64,000 nt of DNA, taken from positions 20,398,001 to 20,462,000 of the forward strand of contig NC_043001.1 in NCBI RefSeq assembly GCF_006345805.1, given 5' to 3'. The stretch comes from Octopus sinensis. Lineage: Eukaryota. The notes under the pieces are model-generated. The model made no database searches. It worked only from the letters and a program-made list of their open reading frames with translations, and was not told where the DNA came from. The translations under genes were made by a program, and so were the position numbers. Positions 47,435 through 60,185 of the stretch are shown here, in pieces. The first letter of the stretch is position 1, and every line of letters begins with the position of its first letter.

Positions 47435-47870
47435 CTAGCAGTATAGCCCGGTGTTGCTCAGGTTTGTTTTTTAGTTGCGCTTAAAACAGCAGACATTGAT
47501 GTCGCATTAACAAAGTTTTGACATAGTTTCAATCTATTTTGAAAAGTAAAAATTTTGCATTATGTAGCTTGTTATTCTCTTTAAGTGAACATTTTTCTGG
47601 TTGAAATACACCAAAATATGGCGACACAGCAGTCAAAAAATTGTAAAAAATAGGGATTTTCATAGAAAAAAAGCACCTTTTTGATGTAAATAATTTTTGG
47701 TGTTAATATGGTCTGATTTGAATTTTTTCTTCTACAGAAGAAAGAGCAAGCCTTCTTCTATCATACTCTCAATTTTGGTCAACTTGCGCTGCAGGGTCTC
47801 AGAGGAGATTGTGTTAGTTGAAGGCTATCAAACCTGCCATACACAGACAACTTCAGCTTTATATATATAT
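47435..47870 (-). mobile_element. Non-autonomous Helitron-type element
   Basis: Same CTAG plus hairpin end as 43216, different interior. Confidence 0.65.
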
Positions 47871-48667
47871 TTATATATATATGACAGGCATCTTTCAGTT
47901 ACCATCTACCAAATCCATTCACATGGCTTTGGTCACCTAGAGGCTACAGCAGAAGACACTTACTCAAGGTGTCATACAGTGGGACAGAACCCAGAACCAT
48001 GTGGTTTAGAGGAAAACCTCTTACCACACAGCTAAACCTGCCCCTGCAAAACTTCTTACCACTCAGCCATAATAAAATCTTTTGTATCTCTTTAATCTTA
48101 ACACCATATTTTATAGATGATAACTTTTCTTTTCTCTTTCTTCTGTTGTCTGTAGACTCATTCAGCTTGGTGTATTTCTAATAGCTATGCTGGAACCTGG
48201 CTCTTCTCCCAGTTCTTTATACAGATGACTATTCAGTAATCTATTCTTAGTCTTGTATAAGTCTACACTTCAGTTATGAAACACAAACATACGCATACAA
48301 AAACACTACTACTACTACTACTACCACTACAACTACTACTACTACCATCACCACCAACACCATTTTATGTGCATTTTCTCCATGCTGGCATGGGTTGGCT
48401 GAGATTTCATGAGGCAGTATTTGGAGGTTGGATATTCTTTCTGTTACAAACCCCAGCCTGTTTTTGGAGTAAAGTATTTTTATTCCGTTTATATATTTGT
48501 TTTGCAAGACTTTTGATGTGAAATCGTGTATTGAAACAGATATTGTTGTATTTAGGAATGGTCATTTTGCCAGTTTAGCCAATAAAAACATACGCACTAT
48601 ATATTTGATGTTACTTTGCTTCAGCATTATTTATTTTTTACATTAATCTTAATCTTAATCTTTTTTC

Positions 48668-48711
48668 GACCAGAGTTCTTTCGTCACACTCCTGTGACCG
48701 CATCAGTGGTC
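48668..48711 (-). ncRNA. Hammerhead-like motif, degenerate
   Basis: GACCA-CUGAUGCG-GUCAC-AGGAGU-GUGAC-GAAA-GAAC-UC-UGGUC; stems I and II perfect, A9 changed to C. Confidence 0.5.
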
Positions 48712-48899
48712 CTTTGCTTTCTTCTTTCTTATTTGTGTGTCTCTCCTTACTAACGCTCAGCCATTTTTATTCCAGTGATGGTCTTAACAAATCAAAACAG
48801 ATCAGACAACTGAACTAGAGGATGTATTGTGTACAAGAAGTGATAAACAACATCATCATTAATAAAAGAGTATTAATGCAAAGATACATGGAAATAAAT

Positions 48900-48932
<33 letters not shown>

Positions 48933-49190
48933 CAACAGGGGCTTCTGTGCAATTTCTGTCTTTAAATTTCACTCAAATATATATACGACAGGCTTCTTTC
49001 AGTTTCCATCTATCAAATCTACTCACAAGGCTTTGATCAGCCCAGGGCTATAGTAGAAGACACTTGACCAAGGTGTCACACAGTGGGACTGAATCAAGAC
49101 CCACATGGTCAGGTAGCAAGCTTATCACACAGCCATGCTTAGCTAATGCTAGGCTATGCTAGAAAAGCGTAAGATAAATTACTTTATCAA

Positions 49191-49584
49191 CCCTTTAACC
49201 TTCAGATTACTCTGTCAAATTTAAGGCTTATTTATTGCTATTGTTTGGAATTAATCATGCATTATGTCTTGGCTTTGAGAATTTGATAATCTAACTGATA
49301 ATTTTTAGAATGTCATTGTAGAGTTCATGTGAGAGGCCAGATTTGTGTGGTCTGAACATAAAACATATTACTCTTTTACTTGTTTCAGTCATTTGACTGT
49401 GGCCATGCTGGAGCACCACCTTTAGTTGAGCAAATTGATCCCAGGGCTTATTCTTTGTAAGCCTAGTACTTATTCTATCGGTCTCTTTTGCCAAACCGCT
49501 AAGTTACAGGGATGTAAACACACCAGCATCGGTTGTCAAGCGATGTTAGGGAGACAAACATAGACACACAAACATATACACACG

Positions 49585-49622
<38 letters not shown>

Positions 49623-49830
49623 ATGGGCTTCTTTCAGTTTCCATCTACCAAATCCACTCACAAGGCTTTGGTCAGCCCGTGGCTACAGCAGAAGAAACTT
49701 GCCCAAGGTGCCACACAGTGGGACTGAACCTGGAACCATGTGGTTCGTAAACAAGCTACTTACCACACAGCCACTTCTACGCCTATATTGAATATTCTTG
49801 CTAGACATGGCTGGTTTAAATACTAAACGG
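49191..49830. mobile_element. piggyBac-like MITE interrupted by SINE-A (49369-49786, minus strand)
   Basis: MITE halves flank a full SINE-A. Confidence 0.75.
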
Positions 49831-50733
49831 TTAAGCAAATCCAATGATATAGCTTTCATTTATACCCACTGAGAATGACTAACTTTTGCCAATCCATAAA
49901 ACAACCAAAAACAAATAATTGCAATATATATAAGTCTGCATTGAACGTTTTAATATCAGCTTTTCTGAAACTGACTGTATAAAGATTTCGCACTTAAATT
50001 AAAATCTCATTATTACATAAAATAATAATGCACGATATTATGAAAGGTCAATTACTTATATTTCAAGACCCAATTAAACCCTTTCTAGACTACATTTCTA
50101 ATGAGTAAACCAAATATTTTTCAATTTTCACTGTAATTATGATTAATGAAGGCGGTATTAAAGTATCATATAACATTATACATTGATTTCAAATTTTGGC
50201 ACACGACCAACAATTTTGGAGGAAAGGGGTAAGTCAACTATGCTGACCCCAGGGCTCAGCTGGTACCTATTTTATCAGCCCCAAAAGGATGACAGCCAAA
50301 ATTGGCCTCAATGAAATTTGAACTCAGAATGTTAACACAAACAAAATGCAACTTAGCATTTTGCCCAGTGTACTAACAATTCTGCCAGCTCATTATTTTT
50401 ATAACTATATATATTTGTTGTTGCTGTTGTTGTTGTTTTTTCCTTAGTTAATGTTGATCAAACACATCTATGATCAAAAGCATTCAAGCATAATCAGCCT
50501 GTCTTTTCCTATGGGCAGGGAATCCCATGCCTTCTAAGATGTACTTAATTTTTTTTTTTTTTAAAGTAGGGTGTGATTTGATCGGGGTTTGACTGCTACG
50601 CTGTTGAGTAACCATACAGTTGCTCCTAATGGTGACTAAAATCTTATGATATAAGAGATTTCTATTCAGATTTTAACATTTGGAGTACAGGTGCTTTAAA
50701 GATGGGTGACATAAAAAGGATCAAATACTAATA

Positions 50734-51102
50734 TCTCTCTATATCTCTCAGCAAAATGTCTGTCTGTGTGTGTGTATCCTTTATACAAATCCACAATTTT
50801 TGAGTTAGAGGGCTCGCACTTTCTATGGTCATTCAAAACCTTCCAAGGGTGGTCGTGCACATCTTTACATTTCCCCAGTCACCCAACAAAGCCATTAAAA
50901 AATCAATAGATGTGACTTTTTTCTGAATTTTCTATCCAAATCCCAATCAAAATGCCCGAAACTTGATATGCCAATTGAAAGCCAGCTAGCTGTATGTGAT
51001 TGGTCGGAGATTTGGACAGTACTCGCATCTATGTGCGCGCACACGCAGCTGTATATGCATGCACTAGCACTATGACCCGGCAACGCCGGGTCATAGTTCT
51101 AG
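50734..51102 (+). mobile_element. Non-autonomous Helitron
   Basis: 5' TC; 3' perfect hairpin ctatgacccgg-caacg-ccgggtcatag followed by ttCTAG|T. Confidence 0.85.
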
Positions 51103-51134
51103 TATAAAATAAAATTGGTTATTGTATTATAGAC

Positions 51135-51530
51135 ACAAGCATGACTAAGTGGTTAGGAAGCTCACTTTGCAACCCACATGGTTTCCAGTCCCACTGTGTG
51201 GCACCTTGGTCATATTTTTTTTACCATAGACCCCAGATTGACAAATGCCTTGTGAGTGAATCTGGTAGATGGAAACTGTGTTGAAGCTCACCATGTGTGT
51301 GTTTGGGCATGTGTGTGTGTACCTCTGTTTTTTGTGTTTGTCCTTCACCACTGCTTGACAACTAGTTTGTTTACATTCCCATAACTTAGCAGTCCAGCCA
51401 AAGAATCAATAGAGCAAGTGTCAGGCTTAAAAAAATAAGTAATGGGATCGATCTGTTTGACGAAACCCCTCAAGATGATGCCCCGGGATGGCCACAGTCT
51501 ACTGACTGAAACTAATAAAAGATAGAAACT
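51135..51530 (+). mobile_element. SINE-A, diverged
   Basis: Degenerate consensus match. Confidence 0.7.
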
Positions 51531-51695
51531 AAATACAAATTTTAGATTGTTCTGAAAAATTATTAAAATGTAGAGAATATATTTTTGTAATATACACTCA
51601 GAGTTTCTATTACCTAGGGACTCACAAGATCACAAAACAGTTACAGAAAATGTATATATACAAGTATACATTTACTTAAACATCAAACTATAGCA

Positions 51696-51740
<45 letters not shown>

Positions 51741-51894
51741 ATGACACCACTCTGTACTCTCTTCTACAGCTCTTGACTGGCTCCCAAAAATCACAAGGCT
51801 TTGAGAGTTCTACTCAAGGATGTGGGCTCCCATGTGAGTTACATACAGTGATTACAAAAGTGGTAGCTTTTGGCACCTCATGAGTCATGATTTC

Positions 51895-51926
<32 letters not shown>

Positions 51927-52425
51927 TTCTTTCTCTCTCTCTCCCTCTCTGAGAAATGAAAACCTAAGCCAATGAAACACAAAAATAAAATCACATTAAA
52001 TCATCCACTTGAAAGTAGCCACTCCTTTTTACAAATACTTGTGGATTTCTAACACTTACTCTCATTCATCACTAACACTAAAGACCATCTACCCTATTCT
52101 TGAATGGGACACAAATCTCTCAACCACATTTCTCTAACTTATTTGTGGGTCAAAGATACATTCTGTACTCTGACTTTGCTCCTAAAAGTGGTCTCTCTAC
52201 ATATTTAGGGAGAATCCTCTTCTCTTACTACTTATATTGTCACCTGGCTCTCATTGACAATCACTTCATCATCATTTTAACATTCGTGTTTTCATCCTTG
52301 CATGGAACAGATGGAATTCATTGAGGTAGGCTTCCTTCCTGATGCCAACCCTCACTCGTTTCTAAGTAAGTTAATATTTTCACATGGCTAGACATGTTTT
52401 CATGGAAGGTAAGAAACAGAGACAA

Positions 52426-52597
52426 ATAGGGGCTGCAATAAGAGTAGAGCACTTTCAGAAAACAGCACTGCTTGGAACTGCTCGAATACTCCAGAAGGTG
52501 CTCAAAAAATAAGAGGTGTTACCTTAGTTCACTGGTAGTGAACAGCTGACACCGTAGTACATCTCCAGTGTTAGAAGCTATGCAAAGGCAATAATAA
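52426..52597 (+). mobile_element. R4/Dong-like 3' end, second family
   Basis: IGAAIRVEHFQKTALLGTARILQKVLKK* (52426-52512); short 3' UTR ending aataataat. Confidence 0.7.
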
Positions 52598-53063
52598 TGT
52601 ACATAGTTTTGTCTTGGTATAAAAGATGGGCTACAGCAAATATTCTGCTCAATACCACAGATTTGCTTGTCGGTTGTTGTAACCTTAACCAGTTGAGCAT
52701 GTCCCTTAGTGGCTGATGATATGTGCATCTCTGATCATGAGCAGAAGTACTGGGGGAGCATCATAGCCATGTGTTGAAAGGAATTCTTTGGGGTTTAAAT
52801 AATTCACCTCTGGAAACATGGGTGTTTTGCTCATCCATAAGCAACCCTTAATCAAGGACCTGAAGAAAATTCTAACTGGGCCCCACCTACAAGGCCATGC
52901 ACTGTTTATTTTGAAGTGAGATCACTATGTTGTGCACATATGGTTGTGATGCATGTGCCTGATGTACCCTTACCAGACAGGTAGTTATGATGGGTATACA
53001 GGATTTCATATATTTTATCCCCATGTCACTTTGATGGCATGCACTGCTCTCTCACCCAATAAA

Positions 53064-53110
<47 letters not shown>
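52598..53110 (+). mobile_element. Unclassified non-coding repeat ending in (AAT)n
   Basis: More GC-balanced ~470-bp segment between AAT tracts; single copy in this window. Confidence 0.35.
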
Positions 53111-53112
<2 letters not shown>

Positions 53113-53477
53113 GTTTCAAATTTTGGTACAAGGCCCAAAGAGACGAAAGGCAAAGTGGACATTGACAGAATCTGAACACAGAACATAAAGATGGACAAAA
53201 TAACGCTAAGCATTTTGCCCAGCATGCAATAATAACCCTTTCTGCTATAGGCACAAGGCCTGGAATTTGTAGGGACGGGGGATAGTCAATCACATCATCC
53301 CCAGTACTTGACTAGTACTTAATTTATCGACCCCAAAAGGATAAATGGAAAAGTCAACCTCAGTGGAATCTAAACCCAGAACGTATAATTGGATGGAATG
53401 TCACTAAGCATTTTGCTCAGCGTTCAATAATGATAATGATGATGATAATAATAATAATTATTATTATTATTATTATT

Positions 53478-53712
53478 ATTATTTCTTTACTACTCACAAG
53501 GGGCTAAACACAGAGGGGACAAACAAGGACAGACAAACGGATTAAGTCGATTATATCAACCCCAGTGTGTAAGTGGCACTTATTTAATCGACCCCATAGG
53601 GTTGAAAGGCAAAGTCAACCTTGGCAGAATTTGAACTCAGAACGTAGTAGCAGACGAAATACCACTAAGCATTTCGCCCGGCGTGCTAACATTTCTGCCA
53701 GCTCGCCGCCTT
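53478..53712 (-). mobile_element. SINE-B within (AAT)n/(ATT)n tracts
   Basis: Consensus match. Confidence 0.85.
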
Positions 53713-53948
53713 AATAATAATAATAATAATAATAATAATATACAGTAGCAGCAGCAGCAATAATATTGATGATGATGATGATGTTGATCTGAACAATTAT
53801 AATTAAGCTATCAAATTTTCCTCTACAGATATTTCACAAGAAAGAAAAAAAAATTAACACAAATATTTAATGTACTCATTAAATCCAAATTTAACTTCTA
53901 CTTGTTAAAGAAAAAACTACTAGAAATATCAAGTGAATGATTACTTAC

Positions 53949-54016
53949 CAGTTTTAATTAGAACAGCAATCAGGGAATCTAGAAGATTGATAAGAGAAGC
54001 AGCCTTCAGAAACAAT
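53949..54016 (-). CDS. Candidate small exon, unknown gene
   Basis: Strong donor CTG|GTAAGT, weak AAG acceptor; one open frame LFLKAASLINLLDSLIAVLIKT. Confidence 0.15.
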
Positions 54017-54659
54017 CTTAAGTAATCAAAAATCAGAATTTTTTTTTTCTTTTTGCTATTTCTTTTTTTTTTTTAATATGAAGTAATTAATTAATGTAAT
54101 TATAAGCCAAAAATCTCAAGTTACTAATTTGGTTTGGTCATTTTCTACCAGTTCAACTTCATCTAGACTTCTGCAGGATTTAATTACTAGTGACTAGTGT
54201 AAATATATACACAATGACAGATTCTAAAATTATGACTGGTTTTCTTTAGTTTCATCAGCTCCAAGTGTTTAACAAGTGTCTAAATATGTCTATTTAAAAC
54301 AGTCCATGCTGTTATGAAGAAAACACGTCAAATAAATGGCTGAAGAGAATAATCCATTCACACTCAGAAAAATCACAAGAATTATCTTTTAAATGGATGT
54401 GTACAAAAATCTAATAAAGAGAGGTTTTTGTGACATTGTGTACATCTTTTTATTTATTTAATTTTTTTTTTTAATCAGACAATATTAACTTCCGGTGTCC
54501 TCTATTTCACACTATATGTCATGTGTGTGTGTGTGCATGTATGTGAGTGAGAGAGGGAGAGAGAGAGAGTACACATGTGCACACACTGATTAGTATGTGT
54601 ACAAAGCCACATTCCAAGTGTGAAAATGAAACAATGATGCTCTTTCATTCATATTTTAC

Positions 54660-55460
54660 GTCAATTTTTCCATGCTAGCATGGGTTAGATGGAAATATTA
54701 TTGAAGCATTGTGTTACAGCTGAGGTCCTTTTTAGCCTCCTCCTCCTCATCATCATCACCATTTAACATCTGTTTTCCCTGCTCGGATGGGTTGAACAGT
54801 CTGGCCACCTGGAGAACTGAGCCAGACTCCAATTGTCTGTTTTGGCACGGTTACTACAGCAAGGATGCTCTTTCAATACCACCATTATATAGAGTGTACT
54901 AGGTACTTTTTATGAGGTACCAACATGGGTGCTTTTAACATGGTACCAGCACAGGTGTTCTTTACATGGCACCAGCATGAGTACTTTTTATGCTGCTTTT
55001 TATGTAGCACGAGCATGGGTGTCTTTAATGTAGCACCACCATCATCATCATCATCATCATTTAATGTCCGCTTTCCATGCTAGCATGGTTTGAACGATTT
55101 GACTGAGGACTGGCAAACATGATGGCTGCACTAGGCTCCAGTCTTGATCTGGCACAGTTTCTACAACTGGATGCCTTTCCTAATGCCAACCACTCTAAGA
55201 GTGTAGTGGGTGCTTTTACGTGCCACCAGCACGAGGGCCAGTTAGGCGGTACTGGCAATGGCCACACAGAAATGGTGTTTTTTACGTGCCACCTGCACAG
55301 GAGTCAGTCCAGCGGCACTGGCAATGACCTTACTCAAATGTTTTTCACGTGCCAGTAAGGCAACGCTGGTAACGATTACGCTCAAATGGTGCTTTTTATG
55401 TGCCACCGGCACAGAAGCCAGTTAGTTAGCATAGGTGTGTATTTTATGTGGCACCAGCAC
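54660..55460 (-). mobile_element. Cluster of family-C RTE 3'-UTR copies
   Basis: (cat)n tails at ~54750 and ~55030; repeated gtgccacc..gcac units. Confidence 0.75.
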
Positions 55461-57265
55461 CCATGAAAAAATAAACATAACTGTATCTCAAGTAAAAAGA
55501 TCTTTTATTCCACATGTTTTTGAAGGCACAAAACCAGTGGATGATTTATTGACAAGGGAAATGACAAAATTTTCGGTGCAGCACATTTAACACATTCGTA
55601 CATATGTATGTATGAATGTGCATGTGTTTGTGTGTGTATGTGTGTGTGCATGTGTGCATGCATATGTGTGTGCAACTGGCTTCTTTCAATTTTTGTCAAA
55701 CAAATCCACCCACACAACTTTGGTTAACCTGGGGCTGTGGTAGAAAATAGTTACCCAAGGTGTTATGCAGTAGGATTGATCTTGAAACTACAAGGTTACA
55801 AAACAAACTTCTCAGCCACACAGTCATGTCTGCACTTATAAAGAAAACGTTTTTCCAGTCATAGAATGCTTACACAATAATAATCTGCTTACACAATAAT
55901 AATCTGCTTCCTTCTCAATATCTGACTAAATCCTCATATTGCAAATTGTACTTCATTTTTATGATTATGGTAGGGTTCCCACAAGACAAGTTGGGGGAAA
56001 GAGGGAATGAAACAACAGGTCATGGGTTATTGACAGAAGAAATGTTTGCAACAGGTGGACCCCCACTAAAAATATCCAAGGTCCAGATGGTTGTATTAAA
56101 CCATAATTAAGCCTAAACCCTTATCAACAGATACAGTCCACGTCCCAACTTCTACGCAGTTTCAATCTACCCAATTATACTGACAAGGCTTGAACTGACA
56201 CAAAGCTATGACGGACAACACTCTGAAATTGCTGAGCAATAAGATTGAGCTGAAATCACATGATTGTCTGTGACAGAGTTCTTAATCTCATGGCCATGAC
56301 TGCACCTATTCTCTGAGAGCATAAAGTAGAAATTAAGAAAATAACACAGACAATAACTCTGCAGAAGTTGACCTTTTGATCTGCAACCACAGACAGCATG
56401 GACTTAGCTGGTAGTTTCATTTGTCTGTAGTGAGATCACCATAGACTAGTAAAAACAATGTGATAGTAGAAGTGGTATCTAAACATTTATATGCAATGGA
56501 CCAACCTGAGTATTTTTCTCTTCATGTGCCATACCTACATGCATTGGCAGTCACAAAGAGATTGAGCTAAGTTGTGTTGGGTGGCATGGACCTCTAGTCC
56601 ATTCTGTCCCACACACAACTGGGCATAGTATTTCTGAAACCAACAAACTTGTGTATTCGAGAAGGAAAAGGTAAAAAAAGACATAAAAGACAACAGCAAT
56701 AAACAGAAACAAACCATCTGAGCTCGCTTTTTCTCTTTTACTTCTTTGTCATTTGACTGTGGCCATGCTGGAGCACCACCTTTTAGTTGAGCAAATCGAC
56801 CTCAGGACTTACTCTTTGTAAGCCTAGTACTTATTCTATCAGTCTCTTTTGCCGAACCGCTAAGTTACGGGGATGTAAACACACCAGCATCGGTTGTCAA
56901 GCGATGTTGAGGGGACATTCATCCCTTGCACAGCTCCTTGCTACAAATCATCTCTTAACGGTCATTAATTTCCACAACTCTCCTCTTGCTGAGAGCTTCA
57001 GCAGGTCATCAAATTAGGCACCAAAGTCCACTATCCACCAGTCCACCACTACCTTTCAACAGCTAGATAATGGGCTAGAAAACCACAGACATCTACCTAG
57101 AATCAAATACCATACACATATCATGGTCTATCTAAGATCTAATTGAGGCTTGAACAGTTCTGACAATTGCAACCTTTGTATTTCGCATGAAAGAGATAGC
57201 TGGCAGCTATTTTCATTTCTGGCGTGTCAGTGACTTTTCTAATTACTTTTTCTAATCTATTAATT

Positions 57266-57342
<77 letters not shown>
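57266..57342. repeat. (CT)n microsatellite
   Basis: Visible directly in the sequence. Confidence 0.97.
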
Positions 57343-57349
<7 letters not shown>

Positions 57350-57599
57350 TTCCATCTCTCATTTTTTGTTTTCTATTGCTACCTCTTTGACATATTTCTT
57401 TTATATTCTACTCAGACGGCTTTCTTCAAAGACACCCACCACTTATTGTTAGTGATTGTCCATATTAATTTTTACTTAACTAGTTAACTAACCTGGTAAC
57501 TGAGAGCATTCCATGCTGGAAATGATACTCCTACACAATTCCAGCATTTATCCAAGATGCTAACACAAACAAGATGAAAGATCCCAAAAATGAATCTGG

Positions 57600-58640
57600 A
57601 CACCTGGTTAAATTTAGCCACTCTACTCTAGTCAACACATAGACAGTCATGAGTATGATGGCAAGAGGCCTTCATACTCATTAATACTGCATTAATTCCA
57701 TATCCAATAGGAGGTAGGCTCCTTTGCAAACATTGTTTACTGACATTATCTATTTCTTTACTACTCACAAGGGGCTAAACACAGAAGGGACAAACAAGGA
57801 CAGACAAACAGATTAAGTCAATTATATTGACCCCAGTGTGTAACTGGTACTTATTTAATCGACCCCGAAAGGATGAAAGGCAAAGTCGACCTCGGCGGAA
57901 TTTGAACTCAATGTAACGGCAGAAGAAATACCTATTTCTTTATTACCCACAAGGGGCTAAGCATAGAGGGGACAAACAAGGACAGACATAGGTATTAAGT
58001 TGATTACATCGACCCCAGTGCTTAACTGGTACTTAATTTATCGACCCCGAAAGGATGGAAGGCAAAGTCGACCTTGGCGGAATTTGAACTCAGAACGTAG
58101 CAGCCAACGAAATACCGCTAAGCATTTCGCCTGGTGTGCTAACGATTCTGCCAGCTCGCCACCCTTTTACTGATAATATCAACCTAACAGGAAACAGTAA
58201 AGCAGAACTCCAGGAACTCACCGCCAAACTACAAAGAGAGTTAAGAGTACACAAAATGGAGCTCAATTCAGTAAAAGTAACAACTAAGTCGCAACACAGC
58301 ACTAGTATCATTTTGAACAGACTAAAGCTTTAAAAAGTGGGCAATTTTAAAAATCTTTGAGCAAGGATAGCAGCTCAAAGCAATATTCAACCTGGTCTCA
58401 TCTGCCATGACAATGCTAAATGTGATATGGAAAATCAGTTCTATCAGTTTTCCCATGAAATTTGAACAGTATCAGCCCCTAATGACATCTATCCTTCAGT
58501 ATTTGTGTGGAAGTTGGATACAGAAGATGCAGAATGAAGAATCCAGGCAGTCAAGCATAAGAGATTCAGACGGCTGCTATATATCTTGTCAGCTGAGTAT
58601 AAGACAACCAGCTTTGTCAAGCAGTAAGTTTCTAAATATG
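57600..58640 (+). pseudogene. RTE-clade RT remnant interrupted by a SINE-B dimer
   Basis: IGGRLLC.. / FTDNINLTGNSKAELQEL / MTMLNVIWKISSISFPMK..SILQYLCGSW resemble RTE IGGR..NLRFADDI / AMARLNRIW..LLYGCESW. Confidence 0.65.
57751..58165 (-). mobile_element. SINE-B dimer with 15-bp TSD
   Basis: tttactgacattatc (57736-57750) versus tttactgataatatc (58166-58180). Confidence 0.88.
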
Positions 58641-58789
58641 CTGGCAGGCAGGAACTAATTCTTGCCTACAATGAAATGCCAAAAGCTTGCCTGATACAAA
58701 CTTGTATCAGCCTTGATTTCCTGTATAAAATAATTTTCTAGGGCACAAGTGAAAGAGAGAAAAGAAGAGGCGGACAAAGAAAATCATGG

Positions 58790-59020
58790 TGTGACAACAT
58801 CAAGGACTTTGTTTTGTCCTTGACATTGTCACAGCCCATCTGTATGTGACGGATGACAATGCCAAGCGAAGCAAACGGTAGGAATTTGCAGGAGAAAGCT
58901 GAGGAAAACATGGGAAGAAGTGGTGAAAGCTGATCTTAAGGGACCAAACCTCACAAAAGAGATGACAAAGGACCAGTACAAGAAGTGAGACACTGTGCTG
59001 GACAAGAACCATCTAAACCA
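58790..59020 (+). pseudogene. RTE C-terminal remnant
   Basis: ggaaaacatgggaagaagtggtgaaagctgatctt..ctcacaaaagagatgacaaaggac resembles KTWDEVVKADL..LTEEMTKD. Confidence 0.55.
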
Positions 59021-59714
59021 TACAAGAATGGAAAAATGGACAAAAATATTTTTGGTGTAAAAGGCAAAAGTAATTACAGCAGAAATTGAACTCAAAAAAA
59101 AAAAAAAGGTTACTAAATACTACAAGGCATCTTTTCTGACAATTGACTGCTCATAACGAGAATGATAACAAAAAAACAAAAAAATGATGATGATATGACC
59201 ATGTTTGCATTTGTTCACATATATGAGAGAGAGAGAGAAAGACAAAAAAAAATAAGAGATAGAAACAAGAGATAGAAATGACAGGAGGGAGGAAGATGTG
59301 ATAAACAATTCCTTATGTGAAATTATAATTACACAACATCTGAAATAAATTTTAATTTATCAAGCCATCGAAATACAATTCTTCAATACACACTTTTAAG
59401 TAATTTAATACTCAGCATTTTTACACAACTTTCAACCAAGTGTATCACGTACCGTCAGAGCATCAAGTAAACTTCCTTATCAAGTTTAGATTTTCTACTT
59501 TCTCATGCACTGGGACATGGTAAAAGAGTGCAGCTGACCTCCATATATCTTGATTTTAAAGCAGGCTGAGATAAGTGAAAATATAAAATGTATCAAATGA
59601 TATACTCTACTCCAACTGCATGTAAGGATTAATTCCAATAAACACAGGAATATTTGTGTGATTAAGAATCTTGTTCTGTAACTAAGCTGTCTCAAGTTCA
59701 ATCCCATCATCCAA

Positions 59715-59924
59715 CAGAATGGTTCTCAACTGGGGTCCATATAAGATTTTGTTGTTAAAATTTATGCTTATATTGTTACAATACATAACATATTTTAATA
59801 ATTTTTTATACAATTCGTAATAATATTTAATTATAAAAATACTAAAGGATTTTTTTTAAACATGGTTATGAGCAAAACAGGTTTCTAAGAAGTCCATAGG
59901 CAAAAGAATGGTTGAGAACCACTG
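59715..59924. mobile_element. hAT-like MITE
   Basis: cagaatggttctcaac ... gttgagaaccactg inverted ends; 8-bp TSD not evident. Confidence 0.5.
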
Positions 59925-59949
59925 GTCTAGCACTTTAGGCGAGTGTTTT

Positions 59950-60185
59950 CTTATTTCTTTATTGCCCACAGGGGGCTAAACAGAGGGGGGACAAACAAGG
60001 ACGGACAAAGGGATTAAGTCGATTATATCGGGCCCAGTGCATAACTGGTGCTTAATTTATCGGCCCCGAAAGGATGAAAGGCAAAGCTGACCTCAGTGGA
60101 ATTTGAACTCAGAACGTAACAGCAGACGAAATACCGCTAAGCATTTTGCCTGGCGTGCTAACATTTCTGCCAGCTTGCCACCTTT
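59950..60185 (-). mobile_element. SINE-B
   Basis: Consensus match. Confidence 0.85.

Noticed and set aside
52700-52720. ctgatga as a hammerhead core
   Set aside because: No downstream stem II plus GAAA arrangement.
56535-56633. Minus-strand segment with good acceptor and donor-like ends
   Set aside because: All three frames contain a stop; it could only be non-coding and there is no further support.
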